Shown one piece after another: positions 27,701 to 39,700 of a stretch of 64,000 nucleotides of DNA (position 1 is the first letter of the stretch; the number at the start of each line of letters is the position of its first letter). The notes below the pieces were generated by a model. That model worked only from the letters and a program-made list of their open reading frames with translations. It was not told where the DNA came from and made no database searches. A program made the translations under genes and the position numbers. Location: positions 38,035-102,034 of the forward strand of contig JAUCBJ010006375.1 in assembly GCA_032718475.1 (NCBI GenBank), given 5' to 3'. Origin of the DNA: Nemertoderma westbladi. Taxonomy: Eukaryota; Animalia; Xenacoelomorpha.

Positions 27701-30700
27701 TTTTAAATTTCCCGGGCTATGGAGCTGATTTGCACTTTTTCCTGTTTTAGACAAAAAAATCGCAATAATTTTTATTGTCCGTTTAAATCACTCATGATGT
27801 CCTTATTTTTACTTTTTTATGTCCTCCAGAAATTTACCGTTAGGTTCCATGCTACCGGATTCTCTACTGCTGTTCTCTCAGGCTATCAGTACCGGTATTA
27901 GTTTCTTTTTTACTTTTGATGTCCTCCAGAAATTTACCGTTAGGTTCCATGCTACCGGTTTCTCTACTGCTGTTCTCTCAGGCTATCAGTACCGGTATTA
28001 GTATATAGAGCACTATTTTGCAGTATTGCTGTATTGTATGTACAGATGTAGGGGTAAATCTTTTCGACCTACGCGTAGGCCTACGCGTAGCTACGCGTAG
28101 TTTGTAACTTCCATTCCTGTCATTTACCGGTAGGGCCAGACTTACTGCCTTTTTAACAACTACGCGTAGATGTTTTAAAACTACGCGTAGTTATTTTGGA
28201 ACTACGCGTAGGTATTTTGAAACTACGCGTAAGTGCTACGCGTAGCTACGCGTAGGTGCCACGCGTAGCAGTCCTGATAACAATGATTTTTCATTTCAGG
28301 TCCGGTAGGGTTGAGTTGTTAGGCAAGTATCGGTATATGTCAGGTATCTGATTATCAGACAAATGTAATAACAGAATCGGAAACTCATATCTCTACATAC
28401 AGCCTGGTAATAAATAATATTCGGCTCTTTCACATACAAACACAGAGGATGAATAAAAAGTAAACTTAAAATTCACGTCGCATGATTCAAGTATCTTTGT
28501 TTCCATTTGACTATTTAAATATTGAACAGTAGTAAATAAAGCGACCAGTCTACCGGTGAAGAGGTTAAGCGAAAGCTGATAAATACTGCATATAATCAAA
28601 TTGTTTGGTCAAATAACAAGAGCAACCAATCATGGTAGATAATTTAGTCTCCCCCTTCCCTTGTCAAGGGGTTAACATATTAAATACAGTATATCCTTGC
28701 CCTATCGTGAACAAAGGCAATAAAAAGCATAGAGAATCGATAAGAACCATCGGCCTATTTCCTTTGTAAACTATTTTTGAACTCTAAACATTAATTATTA
28801 ACACATTTTACCGCCCGCAACGCATTAAGTGAAGAATATGTAGTCTTCGCGTATTCCTCTCTATAGGGTATACAGGTATAGGATACATTTCTGTTGAAAG
28901 CATTTGATGGTTGTGGGTTGTTTATTGAACATACCGTATTGTGTCTTATTTTAGTACTGACTCGCTTGGAATACGTAAGCCTACTGTAATGATAAACGAC
29001 GTATAGGCATAGTTATGGGTAGCACCTATGCGTAGGTCGCGTAGGACCTACGCGTAGCTACGCGTAGCACCTACGCGTAGCTACGCGTAGCACCTACGCG
29101 TAGTTATTGTTAAAACTCTGAAACTGGTGATATATGACCCAATGTTGCGAACTACGCGTAGCTACGCGTAGCTACGCGTAGCTACGCGTAGGCCTACGCG
29201 TAGGTCGAAAAGATTTACCCCAGATGTAGGTATAAAGCAGGTATTTTAGTACCGGTCCGGTACCGGTACTAAAATACCTGCTTTATACCTACATCTGTAC
29301 ATACATATAATTTGCCAATTAATGGCTAATTCGTTGCAATGTAGTGGTGGTACTGTGGTAGGATCTAAAGTTTGCTTACCTTCTAGTGGTTCTCCAGCTT
29401 TAGATCCTAGAGCACTTTAGATCCTGAACGAACTTAGATCTTGGATGAACTTAGATCGTTCCCATACGAATAGACCCTTCACAAATGAACTTAGATCCTC
29501 AATATACGATCTTAGATCCCACCTTGTATATAATTCCTGTAGGCCTACTGCAGTACTGTCTGACTGTAGCTGTGTTAATGTTAACTGTCATTCCCATAGT
29601 CCCTAGGCCAGCAGACATTACTGTAAATATTTCTGCAGTCGTACAGGTGCATTGAACATTGTGCATTGCGACATCACTCTTGCAGTCTCGACAATTCTAC
29701 AATTGAATTTGAATTTAATCGGACTGGAATACTAGAATACCGGCAGACTGACCCGTAGCCGTGGTGGTATAAGAATCAGAAGATAGAACTGCTGAACTGG
29801 GATATTACAGCTACCGGCTGACCGGTAATATCTGAATATGGCAACGCTATTATCTGACATTACAAGTAACACAAAATCAATGCGTCACCATTACTTCGAC
29901 CATCACCTCTCGGCATCGGCTGGCCCCAAACAGCACCACTTCGATCCTTATAGTCTAAACGGCGGCACTATCCTGGGTATCGCAGGTGCCGACTTCGCGT
30001 TAGTAGCTAGCGACACTCGTCTCTGTGCCGGGTACTCAATCCTTAGTCGCGATGTATCACGACTGTTCCAGTACACCGACCAAGTAGTTCTCGGCGCTGG
30101 GGGCGGTTTCCATGGAGACACGCTGACACTAACGAAACTGTTAGCGGCCCGAGTTAAATCGTACAAGTACGACCATCGCAAGGACATATCAACCGAGGCG
30201 TTCGCTAACATGCTGTCCACCATGTTGTACCATCGGAGATTCTTCCCGTTTTACGTGTACAACATTGTGGCGGGGTTGGATAAAGACGGACGCGGTGCCG
30301 TGTTCGGCTACGACCCCGTTGGGTCCTACCAACGCAACGAATACAGTGTCGCAGGAGACGGGATTAAGTTGATAAGGCCAGTTCTGGATCACCTCGTGGG
30401 CGGGAATAACTCCGCCGTAGTTCAACCGGAGTTGACCGTAGATCGAGCCCTTACAATAGCGAAGGACGCATTCAATTCGGCGGCTGAGCGCGAGATTAAT
30501 ATAGGGGATTCCATAGATATACGCGTTATTACGGCAGCAGGAGTGACGCCGTATCTCTATAACTTACGAAAAGACTAAGTGATGAGAACCTTATGCTATG
30601 GGAACTAACTAATGGCTAACTGAGGAATTCCAGTAACAACCAGGAACATTATCTAATAACAAACTGGGAAACTAATAAAAGAAATAATCTAAATGTGCTG

Positions 30701-33700
30701 TACATTTATTTATTTTATTATCTCGAGATATTGTTAAACACGTTTCGTGTTGGTGTTCTAAAACTAATATGTTCTAATTTCATCTCAATAGATAAATAAC
30801 AACAAGTTTTGTCGTATCTGGGCGCTATTATTACAATTAAAAATCCTAATGTTTGCTAATATTTTGGGATATTAAAGAACTGAAGCGTAAATATAAATCG
30901 CGTGAGTTTTATTTATTTAATTAGTTTGCCTTTACCCAATACTAGTACTACTACGGATACTGCAGTGTAATCGACCTGCTGCATTGCAGCTGCACATTGA
31001 GATGTTCTGCGTTAAGCGTTCACAGGTGTTGTAAAGAGAACCGAATCCAAAAATGTTCACACTCCGGACCTCGAGAGTCTAGAAATTATTCGCTGGACGC
31101 CGCACTGATATCCAGGGGTTTGAAGGTCTAATAAATCGAGCCGTTCCAAATGCGGTCTCGACTACCGGTCTAAATTTATTTGGTAGTCTTCCCACTAAGG
31201 TCCGCCAACCACTGCTAAACCCCCGCGAACAGCGGAAGAATCGAATAATCTTCCTATTCTCGGGGGTACAGCTGTTGCTAACTGTTTTAAATAATATGTA
31301 ACCTCACCTGGGCTACTCTCTCATGAATGGGAAAATCAATTATATTACTCAATTAATGAAGCCTTATCAGCCGACCAACAATCTAGTTCAGGGTGCGCAC
31401 TGGGGCTGAAGCCTTATCAGCCGACCAACAATCTGTAGTTCAGGGTGGGCACTGGGGCGCGGGCAAATTTAATTTTATAATTTTAACCGAAAATGAATAC
31501 CGAATGTGCTAAACCCGGGTCAAACAGCTGTCAATAGGACTGGATTACCTAGCGTTTCAGTACCAAATCTGTGTCTATATACTGTCAGTCCTTCCTGCAA
31601 TCGACTAATCAAAATAAAAAATGAATAGCGTTCTAGCTAATATTTTGTCCGTGAAAAAATAGTACTGACAGGTTTTATTTCAATCACTTACTAAAATAAA
31701 ATAAACGAAAGAAATTAAACTCCAATGAAACCTAATCCGGCACAACTGGTGCAATCAGTACTACTCGTTTATTTTGAGTCGGCTAAGCTGGTGCAATGAG
31801 TACTACTCGTTTATTTTGAGTCGGCTAAGCTGGTGCAGACGAAGTGTCTATTAAACCCAACCTTTACCTAGAATAATGCGCTATACTGTACTAATGCTCC
31901 GCAAATACCTAAGCATTCCAGTCCAAATTAAAATAATAACCAACCTGCCTATTAATAGGCCAGGGTAGTTCTTGTCAAGAGTTGAGCCGTTCAAAAACAT
32001 GATTTGGTTATCTGGTTATGTGTGTATAACCATCCAATATCTCAAAAACTCAAGCAGGTACGCAAAAATTTTAATAACAAACTCTCCATAAATTTTGGTT
32101 GCGCACAAGACTGTATATTTTTTGTGGCGTTTCGATCACGGGGTCACTGAAAAATAGCGGCTTTGAAAATTTAAAGTCGTATTTCACTGATTTCTACTCG
32201 TCGAGTACGCACCAACTTTTTTATTTGAGATATTCAGTCATCTGAGCAACATATTTGAGCCTCAGAATCTTCTCAAATATCGCCAATCTCGCACAGAACG
32301 TCGCCAAAATTTGTTAGTCCGGCAAAAAAAACGCACTAATTCGTCTAAAAGAGTAAATTATTTAGTTGCGGAATAATATGATTCAACTAGAAAAGCCAGC
32401 CAGCTGGCTGTAAGGAGACCGTCCATATAGACAAACGTAGTGTTAGTTGGGTCCCTCATCATTCATTATCATCAACTCCCTCCCACCTAACATAGCAGTG
32501 AGTAACCTTATAGATTATTGTCATAGGATTCACTGGGAAGAGCTATTCATCTGGTGTGGTAATACATTATACAAAATAACAGTTGATGTTTGATTACTGT
32601 CTGGGTTAGAGTGAGATAGTAATAAATTTGGCAAGTAATATAAAAACTTATCTGCAGTTTGGGCTATCCATTCAATAAATAGTACAGTAGTAGCTTACTA
32701 GGCCCTCATGAGTACCAGCAGCTGGTGTTTCTATCATTGAGTTGATGGCAATTTATCGTGTTTTCATTTTCGCTCACTCATGGTACTGGTTTGAGGGGCA
32801 GGTTCGTTTAAAGCTTTCTAGTATTAAGGCGCGTTTTATTGCGTTCTAATTTCAATAATTACGCCTAATATCGCTAAATTTGGCTGAAACTAAATTTGTT
32901 TGGTCGGACTTAGCTAAATGGCTAAATTGGTTGGCTAAGTTTCTAAGTTGGCTATCTAAATTGGATTTAGAAAAATGGGATTTAGAAAAATTGGATTTAG
33001 TCTGAAATACGAAAGGTGTTTCCGGCCTGTCAATGGCACCAAAACCTGTCACCAAAACCCAAGTGTGAAGCAGAAGCCCCACGGTATCCGCCCCAAGTGT
33101 GAAGCAGAACCCCCCACGGCATCCGCCCCACGTGTGAAGCAGAACCCACACGGCATCCGCCCCAAGTGTGAAGCAGAACCCCCACGGCATCCGCCCCAAG
33201 TGTGAAGCAGAACCCCCCACTGCATCCGCCCCACGTGTGAAGCAGAACCCCCACGGCACCGCCCCAAGTGTGAAGCAGAACCCCCACGGCATCCGCCCCA
33301 AGTGTGAAGCAGAACCGAACCCCACAGCATCCGCCCCAAGTGTGAAGCAGAACCGAACCCCACAGCATCCGCCCCAAGTGTGAAGCAGAACCCGCACGGC
33401 ATCCGCCCCAAGTGTGATGCAGAACCCCCACGGCATCCGCCCCAAGTGTGAAGCAGAACCGAACCCCACGGCATCCGCCCCAAGTGTGAAGCAGAACCGA
33501 ACCCCACAGCATCCGCCCCAAGTGTGAAGCAGAACCGAACCCCACAGCATCCGCCCCAAGTGTGAAGCAGAACCGAACCCCACAGCATCCGCCCCAAGTG
33601 TGAAGCAGAACCCCCACGGAATCCGCCCCAAGTGTGAAGCGGAACCCCCCCGGCATCCACCCCAAGTGTGAAGCAGAACCCCCACGGCATCCGCCCCAAG

Positions 33701-36700
33701 TGTGAAGCGGAACCCCCCCGGCATCCGCCCAAAGTGTGAAGCAGAACCCCCCACGGCATCTGCGCCAACTGTGAAGCAGGACCCGCACGGCATCCGCCCC
33801 AAGTGTGAAGCGGAACCCCCCCGGCATCCACCCCAAGTGTGAAGCAGAACCCCCACGGCATCCGCCCCAAGTGTGAAGCAGAACCCCCACGGCATCCGCC
33901 CCAAGTGTGAAGCGGAACCCCCCCGGCATCCGCCCAAAGTGTGAAGCAGAACCCCCACGGCATCCGCCCCAAGTGTGAAGCAGAACCCCCACGGCTTCCG
34001 CCCCAAGTGTGAAGCAGAACCCCCACGGAATCCGCCCCAAGTGTGAAGCGGAACCCCCCCGGCATCCACCCCAAGTGTGAAGCAGAACCCCCACGGCATC
34101 CGCCCCAAGTGTGAAGCAGAACCCCCACGGCATCCGCCCCAAGTGTGAAGCAGAACCGAACCCCACAGCATCCGCCCCAAGTGTGAAGCAGAACCGAACC
34201 CCACAGCATCCGCCCCAAGTGTGAAGCAGAACCCGCACGGCATCCGCCCCAAGTGTGATGCAGAACCCCCACGGCATCCGCCCCAAGTGTGAAGCAGAAC
34301 CGAACCCCACGGCATCCGCCCCAAGTGTGAAGCAGAACCGAACCCCACAGCATCCGCCCCAAGTGTGAAGCAGAACCGAACCCCACAGCATCCGCCCCAA
34401 GTGTGAAGCAGAACCGAACCCCACAGCATCCGCCCCAAGTGTGAAGCAGAACCCCCACGGAATCCGCCCCAAGTGTGAAGCGGAACCCCCCCGGCATCCA
34501 CCCCAAGTGTGAAGCAGAACCCCCACGGCATCCGCCCCAAGTGTGAAGCGGAACCCCCCCGGCATCCGCCCAAAGTGTGAAGCAGAACCCCCCACGGCAT
34601 CTGCGCCAACTGTGAAGCAGGACCCGCACGGCATCCGCCCCAAGTGTGAAGCGGAACCCCCCCGGCATCCACCCCAAGTGTGAAGCAGAACCCCCACGGC
34701 ATCCGCCCCAAGTGTGAAGCAGAACCCCCACGGCATCCGCCCCAAGTGTGAAGCGGAACCCCCCCGGCATCCGCCCAAAGTGTGAAGCAGAACCCCCACG
34801 GCATCCGCCCCAAGTGTGAAGCAGAACCCCCACGGCTTCCGCCCCAAGTGTGAAGCAGAACCCCCACGGAATCCGCCCCAAGTGTGAAGCGGAACCCCCC
34901 CGGCATCCACCCCAAGTGTGAAGCAGAACCCCCACGGCATCCGCCCCAAGTGTGAAGCAGAACCCCCACGGCATCCGCCCCAAGTGTGAAGCGGAACCCC
35001 CCCGGCATCCGCCCAAAGTGTGAAGCAGAACCCCCACGGCATCCGCCCCAAGTGTGAAGCGGAACCCCCCCGGCATCCGCCCCAAGTGTGAAGCAGAACC
35101 CCCACGGCTTCCGCCCCAAGTGTGAAGCAGAACCCCCCACGGCATCCGCAACCCACGACATCCAATGCACATAATTGTGCTGCTACAGTATATGTAAAGT
35201 AAAACATTTCGGCATTGTATCCTACAACTTTACTGTATGTCAAAGTACAGGAACGGAAACCGCATAAGTATACCACCGACAACAGTGACAGTCTGACTAA
35301 TGATTACCACCGAAAAAACTATTAATGATAATGTAATAGCAACACACCGACGAGACATATGAAAAACTTCAATGATTTTAATTAACCATTCCGTTATATA
35401 CAATATAATAATTAACCATTACGTTATACAATATAATAATTAACCATTCCGTTATGCAATATCATAACTTAAAACAGATAATTTATTAAAGGCGGAATTA
35501 TATTTTATTTTGAAGAAATTATGAGGACTAATTACACCACCCTGCCATATCGACAACAGCAACAGGCCGATAGCGATAGTGGACAATATACTTTGTTAAT
35601 AAATATTTGGACTGAAAATTAAAACTGTATAATCATGTACTGAAATAGTTTACTAACATTGCCAAACTTGTCGGCATACTCTGATACTGTCGGTTTGCGA
35701 TTTTGCCAAACTTGTCGGCATACTCTGATACTGTCGGTTTGCGATTTTGCCAAACTTGTCGGCATACTCTGATACTGTCGGTTTGCGATTTTGCCAAACT
35801 TGTCGGCATACTCTGATACTGTCGGTTTGCGATTTTGCCAAACTTGTCGGCATACTCTGATACTGTCGGTTTGCGATTTTGCCAAACTTGTCGGCATACT
35901 CTGATACTGTCGGTTTGCGATTTTGCCAAACTTGTCGGCATACTCTGATACTGTCGGTTTGCGATTTTGCCAAACTTGTCGGCATACTCTGATACTGTCG
36001 GTTTGCGGCTGAGCTCGATATACCAACCTGGGAAGCGAGAATGAACAGATTATTCTCGGGGAGTATCACCGATTCCACTGAGACTAAGTACTTGAGTAGA
36101 TGAATAAGTCCGGCCCACAACTGCTCCCAGGGGTAGACGAGTCGCACTCGGTATTTCTTCTCGTAGACTAGTATGCGATGGACGATACGGATACACCGGA
36201 GGTAGGCGTCGAAAGGAAAACTCCGCATTAAATGAGAGCAAATAAACTCCAACATTAGATCCAATACAGAACAAGCCAATGGGCGAGAGGGTACCGTCTT
36301 ATCTGATAGTTTACGGTGTCTCATTGGCTGAAATACAAAGACAAGAATGTTGACTTTATTGTGAATTATCACGTATTATCATGCATAAGTAGAAACTTGT
36401 TGCTCATTCAGTACAAAATAAAATACGTTTACTGCTCAGTAGAAACTTTCAAATAGTTTGAGAACTCCCACTAACATTATTAATAATATTATATAGTTTG
36501 AGAACCCCAGTGTTCGTTAATGTAACAAATCATTTGGATCAGCGCGCTGTAGTGTGCTACTTTACATACCAGTACGGTACCATATTGTAATAACTATTTA
36601 CATACTTGTGTGTAAAGTAGCACTTTACAGTGTGATGATCCGAGTGGCTTTGTTACACGAACGAACGTTAGTGAGTGAGTGAAAATAAAGCCACGAGGAT

Positions 36701-39700
36701 CAGAACACTGTAAAGTACTTTGCAACAAGTATGTATGTAGTTTTATTCCAAAATTTTAACATTACGAAATGATTGTGCATATACATTATAAGTGATAGAA
36801 ACTGCACAAATTATATTAGTTGCTGTATAAATAATTGTAAAAATGACATAAATTATGTTATAAATAAGTTAGCTTATATTTATGGTGGCGTTTGGAGCCA
36901 TGTTATAATAATATAGCTAGGCCCTACTGGTTATTAATAGCTATACCCCGCCTACCGGTAGGTAATGCAGTAGGCCTATCTGGCTGTCAGGCAAATTTCC
37001 ACCTATTGTTTACGTGGTATCCAATGACGGCGTTAAGTAATGTCCCCTTAGTGGACATTACTTAACGCCGTCATGGTTACCACGTAAACAATAACACCAA
37101 ATACAATACTAAATGTACAGGCCAATACAATGCTGTAATGTCCTCTAAAGTTGTAAAGTGCTAAATAACAACTCGCTGTTAATACTAACGGCGTTGAGTA
37201 ATGTTACAATTTTGGAATTTAGATTATTACAATATTAAATAATGAGTGGGTTTTGTTCCCGTGAGAAGCTGGCAGTATTACGTAGTAGATCGATTTGGAT
37301 ATATTTAGTGACTAACGGCTCTATAGAGTGGAACACGGAACGTTAGGTTAGGGTCGTGGAGGACGGAACATGCGTATTGGTCCTCTGTGATACAAGTTAA
37401 CGTTAACAAACACAAGATGGCGTTGCTCCCACTAGCTTCCCGTTGCAGCTGGAAGGATGAGTAGCGTAGGAATGTAGCGAGGAGATTGGTTGGCAGTTCG
37501 GTTGCGACGGCAGTGGGCAACGAGTCTGTGGGTGGTGTAACGGAGCCGCCGTCCGTTACAGTGGCGGTGGCGGTGGAGGAAGGAGAGGAAGATGGTGATA
37601 GCGGAGTGCCTGTGTGGCTCTGTGGTGCAAAAATAGGAATATCAAAAGAAAATGTAGGAAATACAATGTTATACATTATATTATTGTATAATGAAATTTA
37701 AATGGAAATAAATATAATTATATTGACATTCATATTTCCTAAGTAAGAATGGCCCGGTTTACCATAAAATAGAGTTATTGGTTATATTTCTCTCGGCTAT
37801 TCGAGTTTCACACTTCATTAGATTTCTTAACTTACGTTCGTTAAAACAGATATAAAATGTCTATTGAGATGTACCGCCTCGTACATAGCCAGTAGAATAG
37901 CGTCGGCGATATATTCCAACGACGGCGCTTCTGATTGGTCACTGGTTGAGCCGTAGTACCAGGTTACAATGGATGAGTACCAGGATTGGTCAGTCCCTCC
38001 ATGTAATTCCTTCTCGTACCAACGGATGTAGGTATTTAGAACAGTAGAGATCACGTGACCCAGACCCTGGATAGTTTAAAAATAAATACATAAATATTCT
38101 ACTTAGATCGTATATAATTGTTTTAGCATCCATTCGTTAAATTAATATTTATTACTTTATTTATTACTTATTACTTATTTATTATTTATTACTTATTTTA
38201 TTGCTTTATTATGATAATTATGATAAACTTAAACTGTATGCACATTAGATATAGAGATGGGGGGGGGGGGGGGGGGGGGGGGACTGGACGCAAATCCCAT
38301 CTTGGCGAAGTAATATCCCGCCTCAATGTTAAATTCTCAATTAATGGAAAGGGGAGAAAGGAACAGGTTACAGTGGCACGTTAGTTTAACCAAAACAATA
38401 AACTAAACACAATAGAACAGGTTACAGTTTTATTTTTGAGAATAATCACCTGTTATTTGCGTCCAATTTCCCCTCGAGAGGGATCAATTTTTATTGCATA
38501 CAGTACCCCCCCCCCCCCCCCCCCCCCGCCCCCCTATCTGTAGATTTATATATTTTGTAGTGGGCATCCACGTCAAGGGAAAATCGACACAGATAACAGC
38601 TGATTACCCCCAAAAATATAACTTAAAAACATATTATATTGACCTCAGTTTATAGTTTTGTATAGAATAACGTGAGAGGAGGAGACAGTTCAAGCGTTAG
38701 TAGACGCGGACCTTTGATGATAACTATTTACATCATTGTGTGCAAAGTAGCACTTTTGCAGCTTTGCGACCCGAGTTTACAAGCCCGAGTTTACGACCCG
38801 ACCCGATAAACAAGGGTCTTTAACGCTGAAAAGTGCCCTCTGCAAGCAATGATGTATGTCATTTTGTTACATTGTGTCAACTTATCAGCGTTCGGTATGT
38901 GAAGAAAGGATTTTATGGATACTCATTTAAACATTTTAATCATGTACATTTCGAATATAAGTGAAATTTATTGACAGGTACACGGTATTAATTAAATCTT
39001 ATTAAAGTTTATTGGAAGTTATTTACTACATGGATTGATAAATCGTTAATCCATCTTGGCCTTGGTCAACTAAAGCAAACTTAGTCACTGTCTGTGTCCG
39101 TTCAGTTTTACGGAACACTGTCGCCATATTTTCTTTGCTGATTTTCTCTATAATGTCTTCTATAGGACGTTTCAACATAATAAATACAATCTTACACGTT
39201 ATAAATATTTACTATTTCCAGCTTTATATCGCAGTGCGACATTATTTCTCAGTATGTCCCTGCGGCTGCGCCATACATTTTACTTTGCATGTCCAGTATG
39301 TCACCGCGTCATTATTAGGTTGTTCTAGAAACTTTGAGTGCATAACTACTAATAATTCCCCTCAAATAAATAAAATTAGATTCGCCATTGTTCATAATTA
39401 GCACATTAAAACTTTTACGGCCCTCGTTCTATTATTTCTCTAGCTGTCGCTCGGAAAACAAAATCACTTGTGCCGTAACCCTATGATGTGATATTTTATG
39501 AACAATGACGTAAATAGTTATTATTTATTTGTGGGGAATTATTAGTAGTTATGCACTCAAAGTTTCTAGAACAACCTAATAATGACGCGGTGACATACTG
39601 GACATGCCAAGTAAAATGTATGGCGCAGCCGCAGGGACATACTGAGAAATAATGTCGCACTGCGATATAAAGCTGGAAAATATGTCGCCCTGGCGATTTG

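Noticed and set aside
32852-35282. 700-770-aa ORFs in three minus frames
   Set aside because: Translations of a stop-free 34-bp satellite; same peptides cycle through all frames
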